Source: Bacteroidetes bacterium UBA6161
GTDB lineage: Bacteria > Bacteroidota > Bacteroidia > NS11-12g > UBA955
Length of the DNA: 64,000 nucleotides
Reading direction: 5' to 3'
Assembly (NCBI GenBank): GCA_002422315.1
Contig: DIUJ01000050.1
Location: 27 to 64,026 of the forward strand
The position numbers and the translations under genes are program-made. Numbering within the stretch: position 1 is the first letter of the stretch; the number at the start of each line of letters is the position of its first letter. Below the pieces are notes generated by a model, which saw only the letters and a list, made by a program, of their open reading frames with translations, was not told the origin of the DNA and made no database searches. Below are positions 18,490 to 29,342 of the stretch, one piece after another.

Positions 18490-19581
18490 TTATGCTTCTG
18501 CAGGTTCCATACTGGCCTGAACTTTAGTTATCCAATTAAATCTATCTTCAATTTTCAATGTACGTAACTTTGCAAATTCTTTTTTAATTTCTTCTGCTAA
18601 CAAGTTTTTGTCTAAATCTAAATTTATATCAAAATCCTTAAATCCAACTTTTTGGATGTTGATTACAGTAGCTGCTGTTCCACTTACAAACATCTCATCC
18701 AATATACCTTGTTTATTCCAATCAATTATATCCTGAACGGCAATTTGTGTTTCCACAAGATTATACCCCCAATCTTTGAGAAGAGTAATAACAGAATCTC
18801 TAGTTATACCAGGAAGAATACTATCGCTTAAAGGTGGTGTGTAGACAAAATTACCACACTTTACGAAAATATTGGAGGTACCTGTTTCTTCTAAATACTT
18901 ATGTTCAATAGGATCAGTCCATAGCACTTGGTCATAACCCTTCTCCCTGCAAAGTTTTGCGGGATACAAAGAAGCTGCGTAGTTTCCTGCACATTTAGCA
19001 GCACCAACCCCACCTCTAGATGCTCTAGAAAAATGCTCGTCTACATATACTTTAACAGGAGCGCTATAATAATCTCCAACAGGACAAGCATAAACCATAA
19101 ATTTATAGTTATCAGAAGGACGAATTCCTAAAAACTCATCTGTAGCAAACATAAAAGGCCTAAGGTATAAAGAATTGTTGTCAGAAGCGGGTATCCAATC
19201 AGAATCTAAGGAAACTAAAGCCTGTATACAAGCCATAAAAATTTCTTCTGGCAATTCAGGCATACTCATTCTATGAGCCGATTTATTTAGTCTCTTCGCA
19301 TTTTCCAAAGGTCGAAACAAAGTTATTTCTCCTTCGCTATTTTTATAGGCTTTAAGTCCTTCAAAAATAGATTGACCATAATGTATAGCAGACAAAGCTG
19401 GACTTACACTAATCTTACCAAAAGGAATAATTTGAGGGGTTTGCCATTCACCATTTTTATAGTCACATACTACCATGTGGTCTGTAAAAACTTTACCGAA
19501 TTCTATTTTTTCAGGGTTAAAATCACTTATCTTTGATTCTTGAATTTTATTTATGGAAATTTGCACTGTCATTGGGCGCAA
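18490..19581 (-). CDS. ilvE: Branched-chain amino acid aminotransferase
   Basis: 363-aa class IV aminotransferase. Motifs include AIHYGQSIFEGLKAY, GVGAAKCAGNYAASL and ETGTSNIF. Confidence 0.9.
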   Translation of the reverse strand: MRPMTVQISINKIQESKISDFNPEKIEFGKVFTDHMVVCDYKNGEWQTPQIIPFGKISVSPALSAIHYGQSIFEGLKAYKNSEGEITLFRPLENAKRLNKSAHRMSMPELPEEIFMACIQALVSLDSDWIPASDNNSLYLRPFMFATDEFLGIRPSDNYKFMVYACPVGDYYSAPVKVYVDEHFSRASRGGVGAAKCAGNYAASLYPAKLCREKGYDQVLWTDPIEHKYLEETGTSNIFVKCGNFVYTPPLSDSILPGITRDSVITLLKDWGYNLVETQIAVQDIIDWNKQGILDEMFVSGTAATVINIQKVGFKDFDINLDLDKNLLAEEIKKEFAKLRTLKIEDRFNWITKVQASMEPAEA

Positions 19582-19615
19582 ATTAATACCATTTTAACTT
19601 ACATACAAATAACAA

Positions 19616-20110
19616 ATGCAGATAATAGATAAAAACGAGATAGAATCGCTTATTCTCTTAATGGGTAAAAAAATTGAAGCCCCGAAAGAAACCATTTATT
19701 ACGAAAAATTCGAGTTCGAGGGCCAAAACAAATATAGGTACCTGAACCTTTTTGATTTTAATTCAACTAAGCATATACCTGAAGAAGAGAGAGATACCTT
19801 TTTTGAAATATCCAGAATAATTTCTAAAAATAATTTCACAATGGACCTAGAAGGAATGTGTATGCTAAATATAGCAAACTATCCACATGTTAGTATTTCT
19901 AACCTTATAGAAAAATTAAACCCAAAATACATAACACTATGGGGAGTGGAACCAGAAAAAATAAATCTTAAAATTAAACTTTACGGCGGAGCTTTGATCG
20001 ATAAAGTAAAAGTAATCAGACTTGATAATCTAGAAAAAACTAGTTTGGATATAACTTCTAGAAATACAGCGGAAACACTATTAAAAATGATGTTTGGACT
20101 ATCTAAATAA
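19616..20110 (+). CDS. Hypothetical protein (164 aa, no recognisable motif)
   Basis: Clean ORF filling the ilvE-rdgB gap with codon usage like its neighbours. No signal peptide or known motif seen. Confidence 0.5.
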   Translation: MQIIDKNEIESLILLMGKKIEAPKETIYYEKFEFEGQNKYRYLNLFDFNSTKHIPEEERDTFFEISRIISKNNFTMDLEGMCMLNIANYPHVSISNLIEKLNPKYITLWGVEPEKINLKIKLYGGALIDKVKVIRLDNLEKTSLDITSRNTAETLLKMMFGLSK

Positions 20111-20114
20111 ACCG

Positions 20115-20699
20115 ATGAAAATAAAAGAATTGATTTTTGCTACTGGAAACATACATAAGGCAGAAGAAGCAAGCAGAATTTTAGGATTTACTGTAAAAAC
20201 AGCATCAGAAGATGTAATAAAAAACACACCTGAAGAAAACGGAGACACTTTCAAGGATAATGCATTAATTAAAGCAAAATATCTCTATGAGACAACTGGC
20301 TTGGCTTGTTTTTCAGAAGACAGTGGCCTGGAAGTAGAATACCTAGGTGGCAAACCAGGGGTTAAAACTGCAAGATTTGCTGGGGATAATGCTACACATG
20401 AATCAAATAATTTACTTTTACTTCAAAAACTGGAAAACATTATCCATAGGGACGCTCGATTTGTAGCATGTATCTGCTATATAGATAAGGAAGGCAAAAC
20501 GGCATTTTTCGAAGGGAGTGTTAGAGGAACCATAGCAGAAAAAATCAGAGGAGAGAAAGGGTTTGGTTATGACCCCGTGTTTATCCCAGAAGGACATTTA
20601 CAAAGTTTCGCAGAACTAGGACCAGAGATAAAAGACCAAATAAGTCATAGAAAAATAGCACTACAAAAACTAAAAGAATTTTTACTTGAACATGAATAA
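20115..20699 (+). CDS. rdgB: Non-canonical purine NTP pyrophosphatase (RdgB/HAM1 family)
   Basis: FATGNIHKAEE, EDSGLEV, GFGYDPVF, SHR motifs. Internal ATG (MKIKELIF) chosen. Confidence 0.9.
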   Translation: MKIKELIFATGNIHKAEEASRILGFTVKTASEDVIKNTPEENGDTFKDNALIKAKYLYETTGLACFSEDSGLEVEYLGGKPGVKTARFAGDNATHESNNLLLLQKLENIIHRDARFVACICYIDKEGKTAFFEGSVRGTIAEKIRGEKGFGYDPVFIPEGHLQSFAELGPEIKDQISHRKIALQKLKEFLLEHE

Positions 20700-21879
20700 A
20701 CTACCCGCGTACATTTCTTTATCCAATTACTTTTATGAACTAAAGGATGAAAAAATCGCAAAATTTCCACTTGAAAAAAGAGACCATTCTAAACTTTTAC
20801 TTAATGAAAATGAAGAAATCTCACACCATACTTTTCACGAAATTGGCGAAGTATTACCTATTGGAAGTAACCTAGTTTTCAATAATTCTAAAGTTGTACC
20901 TGCAAGAATATATTTCAAAAAGGAATCTGGGACATTGATTGAAATTTTTCTTTTAGAACCTTATGAAAGCGAATACCATTCTGTTTTCAATTCGGTTGAC
21001 AAAGTTGTATTTAAGTGTTTGATAGGAAATAAAAAAAGGTGGAAAAATGGAGAATTGACTCTAGAATTGGATTCCAATTATTTTCTTAAAGCAAAATGGC
21101 TAGACCGTGAAAGTAACATTATAGAACTTGAATGGAATAAGCCAATCAATTTTTATGAATTACTTGCAGAAGTTGGAGAACTGCCCCTACCTCCTTATTT
21201 GAATAGAAAAGCAGAACTTTCGGACCATCAAACTTATCAAACCCAATATGCTACACAGCCAGGAGCAGTTGCAGCTCCTACTGCGGGACTTCATTTTACA
21301 GAAGAGGTTTTACAGAATTTGCAAAATAGAAAAATTGGAACTAGATATATGACACTCCATGTTTCGGCGGGAACATTTATGCCTGTAACAGCCGAAAATG
21401 TGCTAGAACACAACATGCATCAAGAGATATTTTACTTCAATGAGGAAGATATTCATTTTCTTTTCGGCAATAACAATATTGTAGCTGTAGGCACTACAAG
21501 TCTGCGTATGGTAGAAAGTTTATATTGGATTGGAGAAAGGCTGTTAGCCAAAGAAAAAGAACCAATGTATTTGGCAACATTTTATCCTTATAACAAGCCA
21601 AAAAGTAATTTTAATGAGGTAAAGAATGCATTACTCGAATATTGTAGATTACAACCAGACAAAAGCATAAGAGCAAGTACTAGTCTGATGATTGTACCTG
21701 GCTATACACCCAGTATTTGTAGAGGAATTGTTACAAACTTTCACCAACCTAGCTCTACCCTACTTATGCTAATTAGTGCATTGGTTGGGGATGAAAACAG
21801 AAAACGAATATACCAAGAGGCTTTAACCAAAGACTACCGTTTCTTGAGTTATGGCGACAGTAGTTTATTAATTTGGTAA
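20686..21879 (+). CDS. queA: S-adenosylmethionine:tRNA ribosyltransferase-isomerase
   Basis: LPLPPYL, AAPTAGLHFT, LHVSAGTF, VAVGTTS, TNFHQPSSTLLML motifs. Confidence 0.9.
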   Translation: MNMNKLPAYISLSNYFYELKDEKIAKFPLEKRDHSKLLLNENEEISHHTFHEIGEVLPIGSNLVFNNSKVVPARIYFKKESGTLIEIFLLEPYESEYHSVFNSVDKVVFKCLIGNKKRWKNGELTLELDSNYFLKAKWLDRESNIIELEWNKPINFYELLAEVGELPLPPYLNRKAELSDHQTYQTQYATQPGAVAAPTAGLHFTEEVLQNLQNRKIGTRYMTLHVSAGTFMPVTAENVLEHNMHQEIFYFNEEDIHFLFGNNNIVAVGTTSLRMVESLYWIGERLLAKEKEPMYLATFYPYNKPKSNFNEVKNALLEYCRLQPDKSIRASTSLMIVPGYTPSICRGIVTNFHQPSSTLLMLISALVGDENRKRIYQEALTKDYRFLSYGDSSLLIW

Positions 21880-21886
21880 AAAAAAA

Positions 21887-21916
21887 GGCTATCAGAAAAA
21901 TCTGATAGCCTTTTTT
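21887..21916. terminator. Bidirectional intrinsic terminator between queA (+) and secDF (-)
   Basis: GGCTATCAGA / AAAA / TCTGATAGCC stem-loop preceded by A8 and followed by T6. Confidence 0.85.
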
Positions 21917-21933
21917 GTTTGATTAAAATTATT

Positions 21934-24900
21934 TTATGCTTTTACTTCTTTATCTTTTTTCATAAAATCTAAAACGATAGGTGTAGCTATAAAGATACTA
22001 GAATAAGTACCTACACCAATACCTACAAGTAGAGCAAAAGAGAAACTCTTAAGAGCCTCACCACCGAACAAGAACAAAATTAAAACCACAAACAATGTAG
22101 TTGAAGAGGTAAGTAATGTTCTGCTTAGAGTTGAGTTAATTGCATTGTTAATGGTTTGGCCTATATTGCTAGAGATTCTTTTCTCTGACAAGAACTCTCT
22201 AACTCTGTCGAATACTACCACCGAGTCGTTGATAGAATAACCTACGATTGTGAGCATAGCAGCAATAAAAGTTTGGTCAATTTCTGTACTGAAAGGAAGG
22301 AACTTGCCTAACAATGCAAAAACTGAGAACACCATTAATACGTCGTGTATTAAAGCCACCGTAGCTCCTAAGCCATAACTTAATTTTTTGAAACGAATTA
22401 CTAGGTAAACAAACATAACTACAATAGCTACTATGATAATTACTGTAGACTTAGCTCTAATAGAACTAGCTACTGTTGGTCCTACTTTAGTAGAAGAAAG
22501 TATATTTTCTTTGGTTAAACCGAATCCACTTAAAGATTTAATTAAATCTGCTTCTACCATTTGACCAGCTTCTTCATCGGTTGAATTTATTAAGTGAGAA
22601 GTTACTATTTTGTATCTGTTATCAGAACCAATAGTTTTCACCTCATTGCTACTTCCTTTAAGAGAGGCATCTAAAGCTTTTTTAAGTTCAAAAGAAGGAA
22701 TATTTTTATCTAATTGAACTCTGTAAGACCATCCGCCTTTAAAGTCTATGCCAGATGTTAAACCACCTCCAAACATAGCAACCATACCAGCGATAATTAC
22801 TACAGAAGATAAGATGTAATATTTCTTTCTGTTTTTGATAAAATCAAAATTTGCATTTTGACCTATTTTACTGTAGCTAAAACCAAATGAATACGATTGA
22901 TTTTTATTCACTCTTCCTTCAATAATAATTCTAGTTATTAAGATAGCAGTATAAAGAGAAGACAAAATACCAATGATAAGAATTATTGCAAAGCCATACA
23001 ATGGACCCGCACCAGCAAATGTCATGATAATACCTGCTAACAACGTGGTAATGTTGGAGTCTAAAATGGAAGAAAGCGCAGCTTTATAACCATTAGAAAC
23101 CGCTGTTTTGATTGCTTTACCATCTGCTAATTCCTCTTTTATTCTTTCAAAGATAAGTACGTTTGCATCTACTGCCATACCAATAGTAAGTACAAGACCT
23201 GCAATACCAGGAAGGGTAAGAGCCGCGCCAAAAGAAGACAATATACCTACTACAAAAAACATGTTTAACAATACTGCAATTGTAGAAGCCACGCCTCCCC
23301 TAGCATAGTAAAGGAACATAATAGCTAAAACGGATAAGAATCCACCGATAAGTGCAAAGCTTCCTTGGCGAATAGACTCTATTCCTAGGGTTGGACCTAC
23401 AATATCTTCCGCTACTATTCTAGCCGGTGCAGGAAGTCTACCTGCTTTAAGAATATTAGAAAGGAATTGAGCTTCTTTAAGATCAAAACTACCAGAAATA
23501 ACAGACATACCGCTCGGTATTTCCTGATTAACTACTGGAGCAGAATACACTTTACCATCCAAAACTACTGCGATATACTCTCCAATATTTCTGCCAGTAA
23601 CAAATTTCCAATCCTTAGCGCCTATTTCATTCATAGTCATAGAGATTTCAATTTGACCGGTTTGGCCAGTATTTGGTCTTGCATCCACAATAATATCACC
23701 ACCTAAAGCAGGTTGACCAGCTTTATTTCCTTTAAGCATATATAAAGCATATACATTGCTTTTTGGAGAAAGTGGCTGTGCACCCCATGCAAATTTTATA
23801 TTTCTAGGGAAAATATTTTCTAAGATAGGATCCGTTAGGAGTTCCATCACTTTATCCATGTTTTCTTTGGTTGTATAACCAGAGAAAGAGTTTACAGAAA
23901 TCCTTCCATCGTCAGATGCTGCAGGCATTAAGTACGAGAAAAGAGGATTTTCTTTTCTAAATTTTTCTACACTGTTTGCAGTATCAGTAGAAGAAGTGTC
24001 TTTAGATGCTGATTTAGCTGCCAACTTTGCAGCAATTTCTTCGTCTGTAAGGCCTTCAAATGATTCTTCTTTATTGCTTGTTGTATCAATGGTATTGGTA
24101 GTAGAGTCAAAAGTAATTTTTTTGCTAACGCCACCAAGTTTTGCTGCCAAAACTTTATTTGCAGTATCTAGTAATTTATAAGCATAAAAACCATTCTTTT
24201 CAGTATTACCATATACTTCCCAAAACTCTAGTTGGGCCGATTCTTGAAGCATTCTTCTGATTTGGTCTGGATTTTCTGCTCCAGGCAACTCTACAGAAAT
24301 ACGACCACCTTCTTGTCTTTGTATATTGGGTTGAGAAACATTACTTTGCGCAATCCTTGTTTCTATTACCTCAAATGACCTTTCAGAAGCAGATTTGGTT
24401 TCGTTTTTCAAAAACTCAATTACCTCTGCATCTGTAGAAGTATGGCTAACCAAACCTTTATTCTCTGAATTTACAAAAAGAGGAGCTAAAGACTTATCTG
24501 GAGCTATCTTTTTAAAAGAATTTGCAAAATAATCTACAAAATCACCCTCTTTTGCAGCTGCAGATTTTCTCGCATCTTCTAAAGCACTTACTAACTCTTT
24601 ATTTTTTGCGTTGGGTCCCGCTAGACCTTTAATTACATCCTCTGTAGAAATTTCTAACAAAACGTTCATTCCCCCTCTAAGATCTAAGCCTAAACTTAAT
24701 TCTCTTTGCTTGCACTCTTGGTAAGTGTAGGAAGTTACGCCTATGCTATAGACAGTTTCTCTAGAGACAGAGTCTAAATATCTCTTGTATTTTGTTGCGT
24801 CTACTTTGCCATCAACTGTAGCAGCCAATTTGGCTTTCTTTTCTACGTTTCTGGTAACCAAAGAGAATGATAACTGGTAAATACAAACCAGGGCCAAAAT

Positions 24901-24936
24901 GGCGGTAAATGTGATAACCGTACCCTTATTTTTCAT
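21934..24936 (-). CDS. secDF: Protein translocase subunit SecDF (fused SecD-SecF)
   Basis: 1000-aa protein with two RND-like 6-TM blocks and a large periplasmic loop. Motifs GLDLRGGM and TLPGIAGLVLTIGMAVDANVLIFERI. Confidence 0.95.
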   Translation of the reverse strand: MKNKGTVITFTAILALVCIYQLSFSLVTRNVEKKAKLAATVDGKVDATKYKRYLDSVSRETVYSIGVTSYTYQECKQRELSLGLDLRGGMNVLLEISTEDVIKGLAGPNAKNKELVSALEDARKSAAAKEGDFVDYFANSFKKIAPDKSLAPLFVNSENKGLVSHTSTDAEVIEFLKNETKSASERSFEVIETRIAQSNVSQPNIQRQEGGRISVELPGAENPDQIRRMLQESAQLEFWEVYGNTEKNGFYAYKLLDTANKVLAAKLGGVSKKITFDSTTNTIDTTSNKEESFEGLTDEEIAAKLAAKSASKDTSSTDTANSVEKFRKENPLFSYLMPAASDDGRISVNSFSGYTTKENMDKVMELLTDPILENIFPRNIKFAWGAQPLSPKSNVYALYMLKGNKAGQPALGGDIIVDARPNTGQTGQIEISMTMNEIGAKDWKFVTGRNIGEYIAVVLDGKVYSAPVVNQEIPSGMSVISGSFDLKEAQFLSNILKAGRLPAPARIVAEDIVGPTLGIESIRQGSFALIGGFLSVLAIMFLYYARGGVASTIAVLLNMFFVVGILSSFGAALTLPGIAGLVLTIGMAVDANVLIFERIKEELADGKAIKTAVSNGYKAALSSILDSNITTLLAGIIMTFAGAGPLYGFAIILIIGILSSLYTAILITRIIIEGRVNKNQSYSFGFSYSKIGQNANFDFIKNRKKYYILSSVVIIAGMVAMFGGGLTSGIDFKGGWSYRVQLDKNIPSFELKKALDASLKGSSNEVKTIGSDNRYKIVTSHLINSTDEEAGQMVEADLIKSLSGFGLTKENILSSTKVGPTVASSIRAKSTVIIIVAIVVMFVYLVIRFKKLSYGLGATVALIHDVLMVFSVFALLGKFLPFSTEIDQTFIAAMLTIVGYSINDSVVVFDRVREFLSEKRISSNIGQTINNAINSTLSRTLLTSSTTLFVVLILFLFGGEALKSFSFALLVGIGVGTYSSIFIATPIVLDFMKKDKEVKA

Positions 24937-25050
24937 TGTAGTGAAATTATTATATCGTTTTTTAAATGGTGGGCGAAAATAAGAATTAATTTTTACCCAA
25001 AAAATTTTAATGTTATTATCTGAATATTTTTTTAGAATTACACTGTCTAA

Positions 25051-25782
25051 TTACTCAAAAAACAGTTCTCCTTTAATTGGTTTTATATCCTTAAAGTTAA
25101 ATAAGAAGTTCATTTGCAAACCTAAGTAACTTCCATTGTATCCCATTTCGAAGTATCTGTCTTTAGTTTCTGTATTGTTTATTATATTCAAACTTGTTGG
25201 TTTCCCAATTCCGTGTCGGTAAACTATTCCTGCTGTAAAAATATGCCCAGCTTCTGTAGTATGACCAAATTCTACACCTATACTCAACATTGTATTAAGT
25301 CTACTAACCATTACGGACTCTAGTGCAAAAGGATTTTGTTCTTGGCTTCTAAAAAAATAAGTGTTTTCCGATGCCAGGTTATAATTTAATCCAAAACCTA
25401 CGGTTTCTCTAACAAAATTTTGTCGGGATACATTCTGTTTTAAATAAAAACCAAAGGGAATCTCAAGATTTTGAGTATTTCCTTTAATTGATTTGTTTAA
25501 GCTATTGGTATCGTTGGTTATTTTATAGCCTTTGCTAGAGTACAATGCAGATATAAAAAAAGAAATCCCATCGTTTAAGCCATACTGTGCAGTAATCCCA
25601 AAACCCAGACCCGGAGTGTATTGTCGGTCAAAATTAGAAGGCAAACTGTCTAACAATATAGGCCTTGAGATATTAGGCAATAACGAAAAACCTGCTCTAA
25701 AGCCCTTTTGAGCGATAGCACCCTGTATAGTTAAGATACTCAACAAGCCCAATAGGATAAATTTATTTTTCTTTGTCTTCAT
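25051..25782 (-). CDS. Outer-membrane beta-barrel (porin-family-like) protein
   Basis: Signal peptide MKTKKNKFILLGLLSILTIQGAIAQ, alternating beta-strand pattern, C-terminal aromatic FFE. A -7 box (TATTTTTG, 25789-25796) lies 6 nt upstream of this ATG. Confidence 0.6.
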   Translation of the reverse strand: MKTKKNKFILLGLLSILTIQGAIAQKGFRAGFSLLPNISRPILLDSLPSNFDRQYTPGLGFGITAQYGLNDGISFFISALYSSKGYKITNDTNSLNKSIKGNTQNLEIPFGFYLKQNVSRQNFVRETVGFGLNYNLASENTYFFRSQEQNPFALESVMVSRLNTMLSIGVEFGHTTEAGHIFTAGIVYRHGIGKPTSLNIINNTETKDRYFEMGYNGSYLGLQMNFLFNFKDIKPIKGELFFE

Positions 25783-25965
25783 CGGGTTCAAAAATACAAA
25801 TTTTATGCTTCCTAGCTCATTTTTTTCCATTTATATGCAACATTTATTAGGTTCTTTATTCTCCTTTCTTATGGAATTCAGGTTCTTCATATTTGGTGTA
25901 GTTTGCATATTTTATAAATAAAGTGAACAGGAATGAAATTCTAATCAACTATCGGGGTTAAAAAT

Positions 25966-25973
25966 TATCTTTG
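25966..25973 (+). promoter_or_regulatory. -7 promoter box TATCTTTG, 7 nt upstream of the ATG at 25981
   Basis: Exact TAnnTTTG. The spacing implies a leaderless or near-leaderless mRNA. Confidence 0.5.
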
Positions 25974-25980
25974 TAGCCCT

Positions 25981-27006
25981 ATGGAAAATGTGCCTCATAA
26001 ACTAATTCTTAATACCACTTCTAATTTCCTAAAAGAAAATTTGTCCCAAAAGGAAAATGAACTATTACTTAAAGCAAATTTGTTAAATCCCTGGTTTACA
26101 ATTCAAAATATAGTCTTTTCCATGGAATCATGGTTAAATGCATTGACAAATGAAAATATAGAACATTGGTTACAAAAGGAGGCTTCGTATTTAAAGTCCA
26201 AAAACCAAACTAAGAAAGTAGGACTTATACTTGCCGGAAATATACCAATGGTTGGACTTCATGACCTTTTATGTGTTTGGTTATCTGGAAATACAGCAAT
26301 GATCAAACTTTCTTCTCAAGATAATATACTAATGAAAGCCTACATTGAATACATGACCGAAGCTTTGCCTATCTTAAAAGAACTTACCATACTAAGCGAT
26401 GGTGTAATTAAAGAAGCGGATGCATTTATAGGCACAGGAAGCAACAACAGTGCTAGGTATTTTGAATATTATTTTAAAAACAAACCACATATAATTAGGA
26501 AAAACAGAAACTCTGTGGCAGTAATTAGCAACAATACTTCCGACCAAGAACTAGAAGCTTTGGGTATGGACATATTTAGTTATTTCGGAATGGGATGTAG
26601 AAATGTAACATTGTTGTTTATTCCAATAGATTTTGATATGAATAGAATGATTGGAGCCTGGGAAAAACATTATGAAATTATACACCATCATAAGTATGCA
26701 AACAATTATACCTACCACAAGGCCATTTTATTGATGAATTTACATGAACATTTAGATACAGGATATTTATTATTAAACAACAAGTTGGAGGTACACTCTC
26801 CGGTTTCAATGCTTAATTATGTAAAATACCATAATATTGAAGAAGTATCCACCTTTTTGGAAAAGGAGTCAGAAACAATTCAATGTGTGGCTTCCAATGC
26901 ACTAGAATTAAATAACCAAAGTGTTGCCTTAGGAAATACCCAAAAAACAATGCTATGGGACTACGCAGACAATATCAATACTTTACAATTTTTAGCAACT
27001 ATTTAA
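25981..27006 (+). CDS. Acyl-CoA reductase (LuxC-like) family protein
   Basis: 341-aa protein resembling the conserved Bacteroidota LuxC-like family (GLILAGNIPMVGLHDLL, GMGCRNV). Assignment is from memory of the family, not a search. Confidence 0.55.
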   Translation: MENVPHKLILNTTSNFLKENLSQKENELLLKANLLNPWFTIQNIVFSMESWLNALTNENIEHWLQKEASYLKSKNQTKKVGLILAGNIPMVGLHDLLCVWLSGNTAMIKLSSQDNILMKAYIEYMTEALPILKELTILSDGVIKEADAFIGTGSNNSARYFEYYFKNKPHIIRKNRNSVAVISNNTSDQELEALGMDIFSYFGMGCRNVTLLFIPIDFDMNRMIGAWEKHYEIIHHHKYANNYTYHKAILLMNLHEHLDTGYLLLNNKLEVHSPVSMLNYVKYHNIEEVSTFLEKESETIQCVASNALELNNQSVALGNTQKTMLWDYADNINTLQFLATI

Positions 27007-27366
27007 CCGCGATTACACATTAGTTTTTTTCCAAGTCGCAACACTTGGATTAGAGTGCCGCATCTCAGTTAATCCACTACAAAAAGAGTGCTTTTCACTG
27101 GTTTTATGACTGAATTATAATCACTTATGCGATTACGGAATTCTACTTTTAAATTTGGATTTTTTACAATAATTAAAATTACTTGAATAAAACTACATAT
27201 ACTACTAATAGCAAACAGACCAATGATGCGCTGGAAATTAAGTGGAAAAGTATAAAATATTCCGTACGAATTAATAGACGTATGAAACACAATTGAGGGT
27301 AAAGAAAAACAAGAATAGCAATTAGAATTAGAATTTTTAATTTTCTTTGCAGAAAGAAATAAAATT

Positions 27367-28032
27367 ATGGACTACGGAAAAGAATTTAAAAAATATGCGA
27401 CCAAACACTTAGGAATAAGTAGTTTAAAGGTAGAAAATCATATTCAGAACATGACTCCCTACATTATAGAAGAGAGGCAATTAAACATGAGTCAAATGGA
27501 TATATTTTCTAGGCTTATGATGGATAGAATTATATTTTTAGGTACAGGGATAAATGATGAAGTTGCTAATATCATTATTGGACAATTGTTGTTCTTAGAC
27601 TCTACTAATCCGAACAGAGATATACAAATATACCTTAACAGCCCAGGAGGCGGAGTATATGCAGGACTTGCAATATACGACACCATGCAGTATATCACCT
27701 CTGATGTAGCAACTATTTGTACAGGTATGGCGGCATCTATGGGTGCTGTGCTAATGTGTGCTGGAGAAAAAGGCAAGAGAACAGCATTAAAACATTCGAG
27801 AATAATGATTCACCAACCACTGGGAGGTGCTCAAGGGCAGGCTAGCGATATGGAAATCACACTAAAAGAAATTATCAAACTTAAAAAAGAACTATACGAT
27901 ATAATTTCTCACCATAGCGGCCAACCTTTCGAAAGAGTAGAAAAAGATAGCGACAGGGATTATTGGATGACTGCTGATGAGGCAAAAGAATACGGTATGT
28001 TAGACGAAGTATTGGTAAACAAAAGAAAGTAA
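27367..28032 (+). CDS. clpP: ATP-dependent Clp protease proteolytic subunit
   Basis: RIIFLG, catalytic GMAASMGA (Ser), MIHQPLGG (His), DRDYWM (Asp). Confidence 0.97.
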   Translation: MDYGKEFKKYATKHLGISSLKVENHIQNMTPYIIEERQLNMSQMDIFSRLMMDRIIFLGTGINDEVANIIIGQLLFLDSTNPNRDIQIYLNSPGGGVYAGLAIYDTMQYITSDVATICTGMAASMGAVLMCAGEKGKRTALKHSRIMIHQPLGGAQGQASDMEITLKEIIKLKKELYDIISHHSGQPFERVEKDSDRDYWMTADEAKEYGMLDEVLVNKRK

Positions 28033-28054
28033 TCCATTCACTTTAAGGCAAAAC

Positions 28055-28090
28055 AAGTGTGTGTCTAAACTTGGGCACACACTTTTTTTA
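28055..28090 (+). terminator. Stem-loop plus T-run between clpP and clpX (terminator/attenuator)
   Basis: AAGTGTGTG (28055-28063) pairs with CACACACTT (28076-28084), followed by T7. Confidence 0.65.
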
Positions 28091-28104
28091 TTATAGGTAA
28101 ACAA

Positions 28105-29340
28105 ATGAAAAGTAAAGAAAACAAATGTTCCTTTTGTGGAAGGAAAAGCGACGAAACATCCATGTTAATCTCTGGTCCAGATGTAAATATTTGTGACAAT
28201 TGTGTTGTTCAAGCGCATGATATAGTTTCGGAAGAACTTACCAAAGGAGGTGTTCAGAATAAAAACGCAAAGGCAAAAGACGTAAAACTTCAAACGCCAG
28301 GCGAACTAAAAAAACATTTGGATCAATACGTTATTGGACAAGATGAAGCAAAAAAAGTATTGAGTGTAGCAGTATACAACCATTATAAAAGGCTATTGTC
28401 TAAAAACAATAAAGACGATGTAGAAATAGACAAATCCAATATTTTAATTATAGGAAAGACTGGATCTGGAAAAACCTTATTGGCAAAAACACTTGCCAAA
28501 GCATTAAATGTTCCATTTTGTATAGCAGATGCGACTGTTCTTACAGAAGCAGGATATGTTGGAGAAGACGTTGAAAGTATAATCTCTAGACTTTTACAGG
28601 CTGCCGATTATGATGAAGAAGCTGCCCAAAAAGGAATTGTTTACCTAGACGAAATAGACAAAATATCTAGAAAAAGTGCTAATCCTTCTATTACCAGAGA
28701 TGTATCTGGAGAAGGAGTTCAACAAGGTTTATTAAAACTACTAGAAGGAACTGTGGCAAATATTGCCCCACAAGGAGGCCGCAAACACCCCGACCAAAAA
28801 TATATTAAAGTAGATACTAGCAATATATTGTTTATATGTGGAGGCGCTTTTGAAGGCATTGAAAATATTATAAAAAGACGCGTAAACTCCAATGCATTAG
28901 GATTTAAAGTACAGCATGAGAAGAAAGAAATTTCTGATGAAAATATTTTACACTACACCCTACCCGAAGATTTAAAAAACTTTGGATTAATCCCTGAAAT
29001 TATAGGAAGACTTCCAGTGGTTACAGCCCTTGACGAACTGGATGCAAAAGCGCTTTTAAAAATACTTACCGAACCAAAAAATGCTATCATTAAACAGTAT
29101 GAGAAACTTTTTGATATGGATGGAGTAAAACTCAAGATTGATTCCGATGTACTAGACTTTATAGTTCATAAAGCTGTGGAACACAAACTTGGAGCTAGAG
29201 GCTTACGTTCTATTTGCGAACAGATTATGGTGGATTATATGTACGAAATCCCAGATAAAAAAACCAAAATAAAAGAATTAAATATCTCATTAAAAGATGT
29301 TCATTCCAAATTAGAGAAATACTTTAGTAGCGTGGCATAA
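28105..29340 (+). CDS. clpX: ATP-dependent Clp protease ATP-binding subunit ClpX
   Basis: N-terminal zinc finger CSFCGR...CDNC, Walker [12 protein letters not shown], Walker B VYLDEIDK, pore loop GYVGED. Confidence 0.97.
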   Translation: MKSKENKCSFCGRKSDETSMLISGPDVNICDNCVVQAHDIVSEELTKGGVQNKNAKAKDVKLQTPGELKKHLDQYVIGQDEAKKVLSVAVYNHYKRLLSKNNKDDVEIDKSNILIIGKTGSGKTLLAKTLAKALNVPFCIADATVLTEAGYVGEDVESIISRLLQAADYDEEAAQKGIVYLDEIDKISRKSANPSITRDVSGEGVQQGLLKLLEGTVANIAPQGGRKHPDQKYIKVDTSNILFICGGAFEGIENIIKRRVNSNALGFKVQHEKKEISDENILHYTLPEDLKNFGLIPEIIGRLPVVTALDELDAKALLKILTEPKNAIIKQYEKLFDMDGVKLKIDSDVLDFIVHKAVEHKLGARGLRSICEQIMVDYMYEIPDKKTKIKELNISLKDVHSKLEKYFSSVA

Positions 29341-29342
29341 AT

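Noticed and set aside
27069-27290. 73-aa minus-strand ORF in the 360-bp gap upstream of clpP
   Set aside because: It has a GTG start, no promoter box, odd composition and no recognisable motif. I cannot support it as a gene, so the gap is left unannotated.
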